Shown: one piece after another, positions 10,682-21,797 of the stretch
Numbering within the stretch: the first letter of the stretch is position 1
Layout of the letters: the number at the start of each line of letters is the position of its first letter
DNA from: an uncultured Gammaproteobacteria bacterium
Lineage (GTDB): Bacteria > Pseudomonadota > Gammaproteobacteria > Xanthomonadales > Rhodanobacteraceae
Assembly (NCBI GenBank): GCA_963775445.1
Contig: CAVZIT010000007.1
Coordinates: 31,086-95,085 of the forward strand
Direction of reading: 5' to 3'
DNA: 64,000 bases
Notes under the pieces: generated by a model
Database searches by the model: none
Told to the model about the DNA's origin: nothing
The model's input: only the letters and a program-made list of their open reading frames with translations
Made by a program: the position numbers and the translations under genes

Positions 10682-10963
10682 GTGAATTCCGTGAGTGTGT
10701 TGCGCGCCGAACAGGCGCACGATCCGGCGTTGCAGCCGGCGCTGCGCGAGTGCGTGGTGCGTGCAATCCGACGCTATTTGAGTGACGTGGATTCGAAGCC
10801 GGCCGAAGGCCTGCATTCGCTGGTGGTGTGCGAAGTCGAGTTGCCCCTGTTCCGTGAAGTGCTCGCGTGGTATGGAGGCAATCAGAGCAAGGCGGCGGCG
10901 GCGCTCGGAATCAATCGCGCCACGTTGCGCAAGAAGTTGCGTCATTACGGACTCGCGTCGTAA
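10682..10963 (+). CDS. fis: Fis-family DNA-binding protein
   Basis: VELPLFREVLAWYGGNQSKAAAALGINRATLRKKL HTH; upstream of purH. Confidence 0.9.
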   Translation: MNSVSVLRAEQAHDPALQPALRECVVRAIRRYLSDVDSKPAEGLHSLVVCEVELPLFREVLAWYGGNQSKAAAALGINRATLRKKLRHYGLAS

Positions 10964-11035
10964 CGCGGATCCGGCGCCCGGTATAATCACGCTTCAAGGA
11001 TGCCCCGCCTGCATTCACCGCGCTCGGCCGAAGCC

Positions 11036-12664
11036 ATGCCAGAAACCCATCGCGTGCCGGTACGGCGTGCGCTGATCAGCGTATCGGACAAGAGCGGCAT
11101 CGAGGCATTCGCGCGCGAACTCAGCGCACGCGGCGTCACGCTGATCTCGACGGGCGGCACCGCAGCGGCGCTGCGCGCCATCGCGATCCCGGTTACGGGT
11201 GTCAGCGAGGTGACGGGATTCCCCGAAATCATGGACGGGCGCGTCAAGACCTTGCACCCGGCCGTGCATGGCGCGTTGCTCGGCCGTCGCGGCATCGACG
11301 ACGTCGCGATGGATCAGCAAGGAATCGAGGCGATCGATCTCCTCGTCGTCAATCTTTATCCTTTCGAGCAGGTGACAGCGCTCGCCGATTGCAGCGTCGC
11401 CGAGGCGATCGAGCATATCGATATCGGCGGACCGGCGATGCTGCGCGCTGCGGCCAAGAACCATGAGCGTGTCGCGGTGGTGGTGGACCCAGGCGACTAT
11501 GCCACCGTGCTGGCCGAGATCGATTCCGGTGGCACCACGTCTGCCTTGCGACAGCGCCTCGCCATCAAGGCCTATGCCCTGACCGCGCAGTACGATGCCG
11601 CGATCAACACCTGGCTCGGCGAGCATCTGCAAGGCGCCGAGGGGGTCGAAAGCCGGAATGTCGAGAGCGCTGTTTCAACGGAGGGGAACACGGATGCGCG
11701 CTTTCCGCTGAACCTGACTTTGCAGCTCGAGCGCAAGCGCACGCTGCGCTATGGCGAAAATCCGCACCAGGCTGCCGCTCTGTATGTCGAACAGCCGGCC
11801 CAGCCGGGCAACGCGGCAACGGCGCGCGTGCTGGCCGGCAAGGAATTGAGTTACAACAATCTTGCGGATGCCGACGCCGCGCTGGAATGCGTCAAGGCAT
11901 TCGAGGGACAACCCGCGTGCGTGATCGTCAAGCACGGCAATCCGTGCGGCGTCGCAACTGCGAGCACCTTGCTCGACGCCTACGAGCGAGCGCTCGCGAC
12001 CGATCCGACATCTGCATTCGGCGGCATCATCGCGTTCAATCGCGAGCTCGATGCATCTGTTGCCAAGGCCATACTCGCGCGTCAGTTTGTCGAAGCCGTG
12101 ATCGCGCCCGAGGTGCATCCCGACGCGCTCGCGGTATTCGCCGGCAAACCGAATGTGCGCGTGCTCGCGTGCGGCGTGTCGCCGGACGCGGCATCGCCCG
12201 TGCTCGACTATCGCCGCATTGCGGGCGGCCTGCTGGTGCAGGAAGCGGATCGCGTTGGCGTCACCGCGCAGGGATTGCGCGTGGTGACCCGCCGCGCCCC
12301 CGACGCACGCGAACATGCCGATCTCGCATTCGCGTGGCGCGTCGCCATGTTCGTCAAATCCAACGCCATCGTGTATGCCGCCGGCGCGCGTACCCTCGGC
12401 ATCGGCGCAGGGCAGATGAGCCGCGTCGACAGTGCTCGGATCGCCGCGATCAAGGCGGAGCAGGCGGGACTCGATCTTGCCGGCAGCGTCATGGCGTCGG
12501 ATGCGTTTTTCCCGTTTCGCGACAGCATCGATGCCGCTGCGGCGATCGGGATCCGCGCCGTGATCCATCCGGGCGGCTCGATGCGCGATGCCGAAGTCGT
12601 CGCCGCCGCCGACGAGCACGACATGGCGATGGTCTTCACCGGCGTGCGACATTTCCGTCACTGA
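11036..12664 (+). CDS. purH: Bifunctional AICAR formyltransferase/IMP cyclohydrolase
   Basis: [57 protein letters not shown]. Confidence 0.97.
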   Translation: MPETHRVPVRRALISVSDKSGIEAFARELSARGVTLISTGGTAAALRAIAIPVTGVSEVTGFPEIMDGRVKTLHPAVHGALLGRRGIDDVAMDQQGIEAIDLLVVNLYPFEQVTALADCSVAEAIEHIDIGGPAMLRAAAKNHERVAVVVDPGDYATVLAEIDSGGTTSALRQRLAIKAYALTAQYDAAINTWLGEHLQGAEGVESRNVESAVSTEGNTDARFPLNLTLQLERKRTLRYGENPHQAAALYVEQPAQPGNAATARVLAGKELSYNNLADADAALECVKAFEGQPACVIVKHGNPCGVATASTLLDAYERALATDPTSAFGGIIAFNRELDASVAKAILARQFVEAVIAPEVHPDALAVFAGKPNVRVLACGVSPDAASPVLDYRRIAGGLLVQEADRVGVTAQGLRVVTRRAPDAREHADLAFAWRVAMFVKSNAIVYAAGARTLGIGAGQMSRVDSARIAAIKAEQAGLDLAGSVMASDAFFPFRDSIDAAAAIGIRAVIHPGGSMRDAEVVAAADEHDMAMVFTGVRHFRH

Positions 12665-12787
12665 CGCGGCTCGCGTGATGCGAATGCCCGTTTCTTCCTT
12701 TCCTGACTCTGGACATTCGCAGGATTACCGCGATCAAGTTACAGATACCATCGCAACACGAGTGACGATGGCCACGGTGAGGTACGC

Positions 12788-14068
12788 ATGAAGGTCCTGG
12801 TCGTGGGCTCCGGTGGACGCGAACACGCGCTGGCCTGGAAACTCGCCCAATCGCAACGCGTGGACGAGGTCATCGTCGCGCCCGGCAACGCCGGCACGGC
12901 AACCCAGGCGCGTGTGCGCAATGCACCGGTGGCGATCGACGATCTCGACGGTCTGCTCGAACTCGCCCGTCGCGAGCAGGTCGCGCTGACTGTGATCGGC
13001 CCCGAGGCGCCATTGGTGGCCGGTGTGGTCGATCGCTTTCGCGCGGCGGGGCTTCGCTGTTTCGGACCGCAACGCACCGCCGCGCAGCTGGAAGGTTCCA
13101 AGGCGTTCGCCAAGGCATTCCTCGCGCGCCACAATATTCCCACAGCGCGTTACGCGGTCTATAGCGAACTTGCGCCCGCGCTTGCTCACGTGCGTGCGCA
13201 GCATCCGCCCGTCGTCATCAAGGCCGACGGTATTGCCGCGGGCAAGGGAGTCATCGTCGCTCTCACGCTGGCTGACGCCGAGCAGGCCCTGCACGACATG
13301 CTCGGTGCGCGGCGCTTTGGCGTCGCTGGTGCGCGGGTAGTGATCGAGGAGTTTCTCGAAGGCGAGGAAGCGAGCTACATTGCCCTGTGCGACGGTACGC
13401 GCGCGCTGCCTTTGGCGACCAGCCAGGACCACAAGCGACGCGATGAAGGCGATCTTGGACCCAATACCGGCGGCATGGGCGCGTACTCGCCCGCCCCTCT
13501 GGTAACGCCGGCTGTCGAGCAACGCATCCTCGATGAAATCATCCAGCCGACGTTGGCGGGCATGGCAGCCGAAGGTGCGCCGTTCACGGGATTCCTCTAT
13601 GCAGGCGTGATGATCGATGCCAATGGGGCGCCGCGGGTGGTCGAGTTCAATGTGCGGCTTGGCGATCCCGAGGCGCAGCCGATTCTCATGCGGCTCGAAT
13701 CGGATTTGGCCGAGCTGATCGAAGCTGCGCTCGATAACACGCTCGAACTGGTCGATTGCCGGTGGGACCCTCGTCCCGCGCTGAGCGTTGTCATGGCCGC
13801 GCACGGATACCCGGGAGACGTGCGCCGCGGTGACCCGATCAGCGGAATCGACGAATCGACGGATGTCAACGTTGAAGTGTTCCAGGCCGGCACACGCCTT
13901 GTCGACGACGCCATCGTGACCGCGGGTGGGCGCGTCTTGAGCGTCTGCGCTCTCGGCGATGATCTCGCGAGTGCCCGTGACCGCGCCTATGCAGCGGCAC
14001 GCCGGATCCATTTTGCCGGCGCATTCTATCGTCGCGACATTGGCCGTCGCGCTTTGCGGCCAGGATAG
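12788..14068 (+). CDS. purD: Phosphoribosylamine-glycine ligase
   Basis: MKVLVVGSGGREHALAWK, LEGSKAFAK, GPNTGGMGAYSP, EFNVRLGDPEAQ. Confidence 0.97.
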   Translation: MKVLVVGSGGREHALAWKLAQSQRVDEVIVAPGNAGTATQARVRNAPVAIDDLDGLLELARREQVALTVIGPEAPLVAGVVDRFRAAGLRCFGPQRTAAQLEGSKAFAKAFLARHNIPTARYAVYSELAPALAHVRAQHPPVVIKADGIAAGKGVIVALTLADAEQALHDMLGARRFGVAGARVVIEEFLEGEEASYIALCDGTRALPLATSQDHKRRDEGDLGPNTGGMGAYSPAPLVTPAVEQRILDEIIQPTLAGMAAEGAPFTGFLYAGVMIDANGAPRVVEFNVRLGDPEAQPILMRLESDLAELIEAALDNTLELVDCRWDPRPALSVVMAAHGYPGDVRRGDPISGIDESTDVNVEVFQAGTRLVDDAIVTAGGRVLSVCALGDDLASARDRAYAAARRIHFAGAFYRRDIGRRALRPG

Positions 14069-14177
14069 ACTGCAACAGCACGCAACCGCGGCGGCCCTAC
14101 CTCCCGGGCATTGATCACGCGCGGGCCGACAGCATCGATTACGCGCTGGCGATGCAAAGGCTGCGCGGGCGAAACCG

Positions 14178-15866
14178 CTAGCCGCCCGCCTTGGCCGCCG
14201 GTTGCGCTTTTGTTTTTGGATCGGGTGCCGGACGAGGCGGATGGAACAGCGCGTTCGCGCTCGGCCAAGGCTGATCGGGGATTTGCTTTGCCTCGAACTT
14301 CTTCAGAAATTCGCGCGACTTGATCGCCGCCTCGCGGTGTCCGTTGCGCACCAGATCGAACATTGCGGCGCCTTGCGTCTTGACCGCATCGTCCCATTTC
14401 CCGTTGGCCGCCAACGCGAGTGCGTAGGCCTCGCCGACTTGCGCCGCATTGCTCGTGCGATACAACTTGGCGCCGTAATCGAGTGCCATGCGCCGCTCCT
14501 CGGGACGCGCGGCACTGCAGGTGCTCGCCACGCGCAGGAACAATTGCATGAGAAAACCATAATCGGGGCGCTTGGCCAACGCGTCATTGATCTCCTTGAG
14601 TGCCACGGCGCAATGACCGGAGATTGATTCCGCCGCAACCAGATGTGCCCATGCTTCGCCCTTGTCCGGTTGACTTTGCGTCAAGTAGCGATATTGCGCG
14701 GCTGCCGCAGCCTGCTGCGATGTGCGCATCAGGAGATTACCCAAGGCCAGACGGGCATCGGCAAGTTTCGGATCTAGTGCCAGCGCCTTGTCGTATGCCG
14801 CCTGCGCGCCGGCATCGTTCTTGCCCATCTCGAGGACCCAGCCCAAGGTGTACTGGGCAAGTGCATTGCGCGGATCGGCGGCCACAGCCGCCTCGGCGCG
14901 TTTTCGGGCGGCGGCGATGTTGCCGGCAGCTCCCTCCACCCGTGCGTAGAGACCGAGCAAGACCGGATCCCCGGGCTTGAGCTTCAGCGCGTCGTCGAGC
15001 GCGCGGCGCGCCGTTGCGTAATCCTTTTTTTGCAGATTCAGCACCGCGACGGCCACCTTGTCCGCTACCGGATCGGCTTTCTTCGGAGTGGGTGCACCCG
15101 AAGTTTGCGCGCTGCCCTGGAGCACGCCGCGGGCGAGCGGATCGGCCAATGCCGGCGCCCGGGTTCCCGCCTTGCTGCGCGCTGTCGCAGCGGCGCTGGC
15201 ATTGCCCGCGGCCGCATATGCATCGGCCAGTTCGGAATAGACGCGATCGGCCTTCGGATCGAGTTTGAGCGCGCGATCGAACGCATCGATTGCGGCGCTG
15301 TAGTGCTTCTGGCGCATGGCGATGCGACCGGCGGTCTCGTATGCCGCAGGCTGATCCTGATGCTTGGCGAGATAGTCGGAGAGGAGTTTCTGCGCCGCTG
15401 CGAGATCTCCCTGCTGCACGCGCACCTCGGCCGCCGCGAGACGAATCGGCAGGTAGTTCTGATCGAGCGCATAGGCGCGCTCGAAATAGCTGCTCGCATC
15501 GGCCTCCTGATGTCTCGCGCGTGCAATGATGCCCTGCACATACACCCAGCGGCCATCTTCCGGTGCCAGCGCAGCGGCGTCGTACATTGCGACCGCCGCG
15601 GCGTCGTAGAAGCCGGCGAGTGAATACGCGGCACCGATCAATGCATAGTCCTGGGCCAGCGGCGGGCCGATCAGCGTCGCCCTGGACTTCTCGAATTCCG
15701 CGCGGACCTTGCGCAGGGCTTCGGCTTGATCCGCCGCAAGCTTGGACAGATCCGGCGACGGCACGGGTTTGACCAGAGCGTCGGCGGCAACGGCCCAACC
15801 CGGGTGGAAGGCAAAGCCGCTCAAAGCCAATGAAAACGCGAAAACCTTGAATTTTTTGAGCATCAT
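14178..15866 (-). CDS. Exported tetratricopeptide-repeat protein
   Basis: Signal-like N-terminus MMLKKFKVFAFSLALSGFAFHPGWAVA; many TPR-like repeats (AFDRALKLDP, AYDKALALDPKLADA). Confidence 0.8.
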   Translation of the reverse strand: MMLKKFKVFAFSLALSGFAFHPGWAVAADALVKPVPSPDLSKLAADQAEALRKVRAEFEKSRATLIGPPLAQDYALIGAAYSLAGFYDAAAVAMYDAAALAPEDGRWVYVQGIIARARHQEADASSYFERAYALDQNYLPIRLAAAEVRVQQGDLAAAQKLLSDYLAKHQDQPAAYETAGRIAMRQKHYSAAIDAFDRALKLDPKADRVYSELADAYAAAGNASAAATARSKAGTRAPALADPLARGVLQGSAQTSGAPTPKKADPVADKVAVAVLNLQKKDYATARRALDDALKLKPGDPVLLGLYARVEGAAGNIAAARKRAEAAVAADPRNALAQYTLGWVLEMGKNDAGAQAAYDKALALDPKLADARLALGNLLMRTSQQAAAAAQYRYLTQSQPDKGEAWAHLVAAESISGHCAVALKEINDALAKRPDYGFLMQLFLRVASTCSAARPEERRMALDYGAKLYRTSNAAQVGEAYALALAANGKWDDAVKTQGAAMFDLVRNGHREAAIKSREFLKKFEAKQIPDQPWPSANALFHPPRPAPDPKTKAQPAAKAGG

Positions 15867-16029
15867 GAAGACAGGACCACGACCGGCCGCCGAGTAAAAA
15901 GGTTGGAAAGTGTAACCGCTCGACGCGCAACGCACATCGACAACCGCTGCGCCCGAAGGTTCGCGGGTGCCTGAGCCCAAGGCAAGTTGCGTGGCTTTTG
16001 CTAAATTGACCTTTTTCCGGGGTCTTGCG

Positions 16030-17406
16030 ATGTCGGGCCACAATCCGTTCCGCCTGCTTAAGACCCGCCGCTTCGCACCGTTCTTCGCAACCCAGGCGCT
16101 CGGCGCGTTCAACGACAACGCGTTCCGCTACGCGTTGCTGGTGCTGGTTGCTTTCCATCTGGGTCTCGACGACGCCGAGGTCACGTTTTATTCCAACATC
16201 GGTCCCGCGCTTTTCATCCTGCCATTCTTTCTGTTTTCCGCGAGTGCCGGACAACTGGCGGAAAAATTCGAAAAGACCCGCATTATCCGTTACGTCAAGT
16301 TGTTCGAAATCGGAGCGATGGCGCTGGCCGCAATCGGGTTTCACACCCACAGCGTCGCGTTGCTGCTCGCAATCCTTTTCCTGATGGGCGTGCATTCGAC
16401 CGTATTCGGACCGATCAAGTACGCAATCCTTCCTCAGGCGCTCAAGCGCCCGGAACTTCTCGGCGGCAACGGCTTGGTCGAGATGGGCACATCGCTTGCG
16501 ATACTTTTAGGGATGGTCGCGGGCGGCTCGTTGATGGCGCTCGGTCATCTGGGGCCGACCCTCGCCTCGATCCTCGTGCTTGGGGTGGCGCTATCGGGAT
16601 ATCTCGTTTCACGAGCGATCCCCGCCGCACCGGCGACGGCACCCGATCTCGTTTTCCGCTGGAACCCCTTCACCGAGACAGCGCGTGTACTCGGCATCGT
16701 GGCGCGTGAGCGCACCTTGTTCGTCGCAGTGCTGGGCATTTCATGGTTCTGGTTTTTCGGTGGCGTGTTCACCGCGCAGCTGCCCAACTACACCAAACTG
16801 TATCTCGGTGGCGGAGCAGGCGTGTCGGTGCTTGTATTGACCTTGTTCTCGATCGGTGTCGGCGCAGGCTCCATCCTTTGCGAAAAACTCTCCGGCGGGC
16901 GCATCGAGAGCGGGCTGGTGCCATTCGGCGCGATCGGGCTGACCGTCTTCGGCGTCGACCTGTATTTCGCTCGTCCCGGAATTGTCATTGCGCACGGTCT
17001 CGATGCGCTGGCCTTCCTGTCGGCGTCCGGAAGCTGGCGTATTGCGCTCGACATGACCTTGATCGGCTTGTTTGCGGGGTTCTACATCGTGCCGCTGTTC
17101 GCGTTGGTCCAGAGTCGCGCCATGCCGAGCGAGCTTTCCCGGATCATCGCGGGCAACAACGTGTTGAACGCATTGTTCATCGTCGCCGCGGCGGTATTCT
17201 GCATCGTCGCGAGCAAACACGGAGTGTCGATTCCACAACTGTTCCTGATCACGGCACTTGCGAACGCCGGCGCGCTTGCACTGCTGTGCATTGCGGTGCC
17301 GGAATTTCCGCGCCGCTTCATCGCTTGGGCATCCAGGGATCGCCTTGGCTCAACGCACCCAGCTGGCCAGAACCAGCAAAGCGATGACGGCAAGCCAGGT
17401 CAATAG
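16030..17406 (+). CDS. MFS transporter, LplT/Aas-associated type
   Basis: RRFAPFFATQALGAFNDN, FGPIKYAILPQ, SRIIAGNNVLNALF; about 12 TM segments. Confidence 0.85.
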   Translation: MSGHNPFRLLKTRRFAPFFATQALGAFNDNAFRYALLVLVAFHLGLDDAEVTFYSNIGPALFILPFFLFSASAGQLAEKFEKTRIIRYVKLFEIGAMALAAIGFHTHSVALLLAILFLMGVHSTVFGPIKYAILPQALKRPELLGGNGLVEMGTSLAILLGMVAGGSLMALGHLGPTLASILVLGVALSGYLVSRAIPAAPATAPDLVFRWNPFTETARVLGIVARERTLFVAVLGISWFWFFGGVFTAQLPNYTKLYLGGGAGVSVLVLTLFSIGVGAGSILCEKLSGGRIESGLVPFGAIGLTVFGVDLYFARPGIVIAHGLDALAFLSASGSWRIALDMTLIGLFAGFYIVPLFALVQSRAMPSELSRIIAGNNVLNALFIVAAAVFCIVASKHGVSIPQLFLITALANAGALALLCIAVPEFPRRFIAWASRDRLGSTHPAGQNQQSDDGKPGQ

Positions 17407-18234
17407 CACGCGCCTGAGCAGCGTACGCGCGTCGGCCAGCTCGATCATCGGATCGCTGACATCGGTTGCGTAGCCGTCGCCCGCGAGCACATCGGCATCG
17501 ACACCGGCGCGCGCCAACGCACCGAGGAAGCCGATGTCGAGTGTGAAATAACCGCGACCATGCGCCGCGTGGTAATTGCGCCAGGTGCTGATCACCGCAT
17601 CGAAGTCCGAGACCAACGCGAGCGTCAACGCGACGAGATGCGCCGGCGCCCAGTCGAGAGATGCGGCGAGGCGTTCGAAGCGCGCGTGCTCGGCGACATC
17701 AAGGGGTACTGCGCCATCGGTGTCGCGCGCAATCAACTGGATGATGCGGTAACCGAACGCACCAACCGGACCGAGCAATACAAACCAGAACAGGACCCCG
17801 AACCAGCGATTGAGCGCGGCCATGAACGCCGCTTCGACCAGTGCGTCCGAAACGAGCGGCACCAGCAGGTCGCTGCTGCCGGCGCGCAAGCGCTGCGCGG
17901 CTTCGCTGCGGCGCGCATTGTCCGGAGCCTTCAACACGGCGTCGATGTCGACCTCGAGTTCGCGCGGACCCCAGCAATAAAAGAGGACGATGACGGCAAA
18001 CACGAATGCCGGCAGCCCGAACAACAGATGCATGAGGATTCCCTGGACCACGCCGCACAGAACGATCAGCAGCACCGGAACCAGCCATGGCCGCGTGCGC
18101 CCTCCATCTTCATGCGCAGGAGCGCTGCGCTCCGTCCAGACTCGCAACCACGAAAAATCGCGCAGCCTCGCCGCGCCCGGAGCGGCGTAGGTCAATGCCA
18201 CAACCACCAAGACAGCAAGCAGGATGATCGCCAT
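17350..18234 (-). CDS. ampE: AmpE/CobD-CbiB-like membrane protein
   Basis: LFYCWGPRELE, RWFGVLFWFVLLGPVGAFGYR, LDWAPAHL; adjacent to nudC. Confidence 0.7.
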   Translation of the reverse strand: MAIILLAVLVVVALTYAAPGAARLRDFSWLRVWTERSAPAHEDGGRTRPWLVPVLLIVLCGVVQGILMHLLFGLPAFVFAVIVLFYCWGPRELEVDIDAVLKAPDNARRSEAAQRLRAGSSDLLVPLVSDALVEAAFMAALNRWFGVLFWFVLLGPVGAFGYRIIQLIARDTDGAVPLDVAEHARFERLAASLDWAPAHLVALTLALVSDFDAVISTWRNYHAAHGRGYFTLDIGFLGALARAGVDADVLAGDGYATDVSDPMIELADARTLLRRVLLTWLAVIALLVLASWVR

Positions 18235-18319
18235 CAGAGTTCCCCGGCGAAGTGAATTCAGCTCATCGACGCAATTGTACCCACGACGCCGCGGGTCCGC
18301 TGGTGCGGCGCCGATGGAC

Positions 18320-19288
18320 TCAGCCCGGGCTTTGCGGCCCTTGCGCAACCAGATCGGCGAGCTTGAGGCCGGCGGCGTGACGCAACCAGTGCTCGATCAG
18401 CCGATACGATACTGACAGCGAGGAAGACACGCGCAGCTCTCCGCTGCCGATCTCGCGCACCACGTCATCGACGGTGAACCAGCGCGCATCGGACAACTCC
18501 GAACCGAGCCGGATGGTCCGGTTCCGCGCCCGGGCGCTGAATCCGATCATCAGCGATGAAGGAAACGGCCACGGTTGCGAGGAATGGTATTCGCATTGGT
18601 CGACCTCGATGCCGGCCTCCTCACGCACCTCGCGGCGCACCGCATCCTCGAGGGATTCGCCCGGCTCAACGAAGCCGGCGAGAGTCGAGTAGCGCCGCTC
18701 GGGCCAGCTCGCCTGGCGTCCGAGCAGACAGGCGTCTTCGTGACTGACGATCATGATCACGGCCGGGTCGACGCGCGGGAAGTGTTCGATCGCGCATCGG
18801 GCATCGCTGCATATCGCGCGATGACCTGCGGCGACCAAACGCAACGGCGCGGCGCACGACGGGCAATAGCGTGATTGCGACTGCCAATGCGAAAGTGCGC
18901 GCGCATAGGCAAACAGGCCGGCCTGGAACACGTGCAGGCACGCGCCGGCGCTTCGAAGATCCAGAAAGCGCCCGGAGCGAGATTCCGCGACGCGCCGTGC
19001 TTCACCGTCGTTGAGCCGCAGCGTGAAGTACGGCCCGCCGTCGTCGGCGCCAAGATAAGTCGGAGACGTGACGGAATCGAGATCGGCCTGCTCGGCAATA
19101 TCGAGAAGATGCAGGGCGCTCGCGTCCGCCTGCGCCAGCGCATCGCCATTCGGACCAAGGACCAGAAAACGCGCGCGACTGTCAGCCAGCTGCCCGGCCA
19201 GCCACATTGCATCGTCACGCTGTTCGGCGTTTCGTTCCAGTGCGAGCGCGGCGAAGACGTTTGCGCCGCCGGGCAGATCTGCGCTCAC
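18320..19288 (-). CDS. nudC: NAD(+) diphosphatase
   Basis: CPSC...C...C zinc finger, HFPRVDPAVI, Nudix box GFVEPGESLEDAVRREVREEAG, SQPWPFPSSLM. Confidence 0.95.
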   Translation of the reverse strand: MSADLPGGANVFAALALERNAEQRDDAMWLAGQLADSRARFLVLGPNGDALAQADASALHLLDIAEQADLDSVTSPTYLGADDGGPYFTLRLNDGEARRVAESRSGRFLDLRSAGACLHVFQAGLFAYARALSHWQSQSRYCPSCAAPLRLVAAGHRAICSDARCAIEHFPRVDPAVIMIVSHEDACLLGRQASWPERRYSTLAGFVEPGESLEDAVRREVREEAGIEVDQCEYHSSQPWPFPSSLMIGFSARARNRTIRLGSELSDARWFTVDDVVREIGSGELRVSSSLSVSYRLIEHWLRHAAGLKLADLVAQGPQSPG

Positions 19289-19318
19289 CCAGGGATGCCT
19301 GGCGCAACCGCGAGGAAA

Positions 19319-19687
19319 TCAGGCGGCAAACGACGAGCCGCAGCCACAGGTGGATTTCGCGTTCGGATTGCGAATGACGAACTGGGAACCGCTCAGCGTT
19401 TCCGAATAGTCTATTTCGGCGCCCATCAGATATTGCAGGCTCAACGGATCGACCAGCAAGGTCACCCCGTCGCGGTCCACGGCAAGATCGTCCTCGGCGC
19501 GTTCTTCATCGAACGTGAATCCGTACTGGAAGCCCGAGCATCCGCCGCCGCTGATATACACGCGCAGGTTCAGCGCCGGATTGCCTTCTTCGGCAATCAA
19601 CTCCCCGACCTTGTGGGCAGCGGCGGTTGTGAACACGAGCGGCGCCGCATCAGCGTCGAGATAGGTCGGTGTCGTTGCGACGGTCAT
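19319..19687 (-). CDS. erpA: Fe-S cluster insertion protein
   Basis: [34 protein letters not shown]. Confidence 0.95.
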   Translation of the reverse strand: MTVATTPTYLDADAAPLVFTTAAAHKVGELIAEEGNPALNLRVYISGGGCSGFQYGFTFDEERAEDDLAVDRDGVTLLVDPLSLQYLMGAEIDYSETLSGSQFVIRNPNAKSTCGCGSSFAA

Positions 19688-19753
19688 TGGCCTATATCCT
19701 CTGGGCGCGGGAGGCGCTGCGCCAAGTGAAACATCGTGCCTCACACGCATCTT

Positions 19754-20164
19754 TCAAGCCTTGGCAACCACCAACTCCGGACGCGACAACTGGCGCGGTG
19801 CTTCGTCCCGGTACAGCATCTTGCCGTTGATCTGCGCGCCGGCCGCCATTTCCAGCACCTTGTAATACACGTTGCCTTCGACGCGCGCATTGGGCGCGAG
19901 TTCCAGGCGCTCGGTCGCGACGACATCCCCCGAGACCGCACCGTTGATGACCGCGTTCGATGTGCGGATCTCGCCGTTGACACGCCCCTTTTCGCTGAGC
20001 GTGAGCACCGCATCGGCCCCATCGGCGTTAATCGAACCTTCGATCATGCCATCCAGATGCAGCCCGCCGGAAAACTGCACATCGCCACGAATAACGGTGC
20101 CTTCGGCAATCAGGGTGGTGATCGCCGCGAGCGGTTTTACAGTGCGCTTGTCATTGCCGAACAT
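19754..20164 (-). CDS. Bactofilin (polymer-forming cytoskeletal protein)
   Basis: TLIAEGTVIRGDVQFSGGLHLDGMIEG ... VEGNVYYKVLEMAAGAQING beta-helix repeats. Confidence 0.9.
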   Translation of the reverse strand: MFGNDKRTVKPLAAITTLIAEGTVIRGDVQFSGGLHLDGMIEGSINADGADAVLTLSEKGRVNGEIRTSNAVINGAVSGDVVATERLELAPNARVEGNVYYKVLEMAAGAQINGKMLYRDEAPRQLSRPELVVAKA

Positions 20165-20876
20165 CGTTGCTCTCCTCACCCTTGATCGCATCTTCCCACG
20201 AGAATACCTGCTCCAGATGGCCAAAGTCGCCGTCGGCGGTCACACGGACACGATTCGGGTCGAATCCCTCCGGCAGCATGATCGTGCCTTTCATCTGCTG
20301 GAAATAGCGGAAATTGAAGTCCAGGCCCGCTGCGTCTTTCTGCTGGGTCAGCGTCGCCCAGTCGAGCTTGGCCAACTTTCCTTCCCGCACGCCTTCAACC
20401 GCGATGCGCAAATGGCCCTCGGTCTGCTTGCCGCGCTTGAAGTTCTGGGTCAGCGTGGCGACGAAGTTCCAGGCCCGCGAGGCCTTTATCGGCGTCAACT
20501 TGATGCCGTGAACCGCGAGGCCTTCACGTTGGCCACCGCCCACCAGGCGTCCGTAAAACGCCAGATCGGCGCGCAGACCGTCGATTTCCTCCTGACGATC
20601 ACCGAGAGTCTGCTGCAAGTCGGCGACGGCTGCCTTGGCGACCTGTTCGGAGCGACGCAGCACTGCCACATTGTCCTTGAGTGCTTCGTTGTCGATATCG
20701 AGCGACTTGATTCTGTGTTGGACGAGACCGTTCGACTGGACGTGGACCAACGCAGCGCCGAGCAAACCTGAAACGATCACCGAAATGAACCACCCGCACG
20801 CAAGCAGCAACCCCGCACGGCGCCGCCTGGCGGGATCGCGCGAACGGATCTCGAGCAGGGAGGGAATTCTTGCCAT
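20151..20876 (-). CDS. DUF6776-like membrane-anchored coiled-coil protein
   Basis: TM + coiled coil + ADLAFYGRL ... FRYFQ ... LPEGFDPNRV; overlaps the bactofilin start. Confidence 0.7.
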   Translation of the reverse strand: MARIPSLLEIRSRDPARRRRAGLLLACGWFISVIVSGLLGAALVHVQSNGLVQHRIKSLDIDNEALKDNVAVLRRSEQVAKAAVADLQQTLGDRQEEIDGLRADLAFYGRLVGGGQREGLAVHGIKLTPIKASRAWNFVATLTQNFKRGKQTEGHLRIAVEGVREGKLAKLDWATLTQQKDAAGLDFNFRYFQQMKGTIMLPEGFDPNRVRVTADGDFGHLEQVFSWEDAIKGEESNDVRQ

Positions 20877-21184
20877 GCGGCCCGGGGTTGCAGCGGGCCT
20901 GAACTTATAGGGGCGCATGCCCCGCATCGTCAAGCGGCGTTCCATCTCAACGAGTGGCTCGTGGCGTCCATTGTACTGTCCACTGGATCCTCGAAGCGTC
21001 CCATATTGGCCCGGTCAAGCCGGTTCCACGGCCGGGCTTCAGACGCTCGGCCCCATGCGCGTTCGAGCCAGCGATCGGGTCCGAGGCTCGGTTCACAAGA
21101 GCGATGCGCGTCTGGATTTGCCAACGAGCGGCAATTCCGGGCAGCCGAAATGCTGGAGGAGGCGCTTTGGGCCGATGCGGCGCG

Positions 21185-21655
21185 TCAGTCGTCGACCTTG
21201 GTCTGCAGGTACGGCACGTCGCCCAGTTGCCTGATCAGGCCGCGTTGGGTTTCCAGCCAGTCGATGTGTTCTTCCTCCGATTTGAGGATATCGGCGAGCA
21301 GGCTGCGGCTGACGTAGTCACCCAGCCGTTCGCAGTCGACGATACCGTTTTTCAGGTCGGGAACCGCGTCCTCCTCGAGCGCCAGATCGCACTCCAGCGC
21401 TTCGACCGGCGTCTCGCCGATCCGCAACTTGCCAAGCTTTTGCAGATTCGGAAGTCCTTCCAGAAACAAGATGCGCTCGATCAGACGATCGGCGTGCTTC
21501 ATCTCGTCGATCGACTCGTCGTATTCGTGCTTGGCCAGTTCCTGATAGCCCCAATTGCGGTACATCCGAGCATGCAGGAAATACTGGTTGATCGCGGTCA
21601 GCTCGTTATATAGCGCCTTGTTGAGGTGCGTAATGATCTTGGCATCCCCTTTCAT
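21185..21655 (-). CDS. bfr: Bacterioferritin
   Basis: MKGD...[35 protein letters not shown]. Confidence 0.97.
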   Translation of the reverse strand: MKGDAKIITHLNKALYNELTAINQYFLHARMYRNWGYQELAKHEYDESIDEMKHADRLIERILFLEGLPNLQKLGKLRIGETPVEALECDLALEEDAVPDLKNGIVDCERLGDYVSRSLLADILKSEEEHIDWLETQRGLIRQLGDVPYLQTKVDD

Positions 21656-21797
21656 TGCGTCTCTCCAGATTTACCCACGGCGCCACATCCGTAACGCCAG
21701 CCAGACTATAGCGCGCGTCGGAAAGGCATGAGGAAATGAAACTCGCACGCATTGGCGCGCGCGAAAAGTCCAAAGGTTCGCGCCCAATGAACGCGAA

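Noticed and set aside
11635-11700. Extra residues in PurH ([20 protein letters not shown])
   Set aside because: Falls in the variable interdomain linker; no repeat or mobile-element signature
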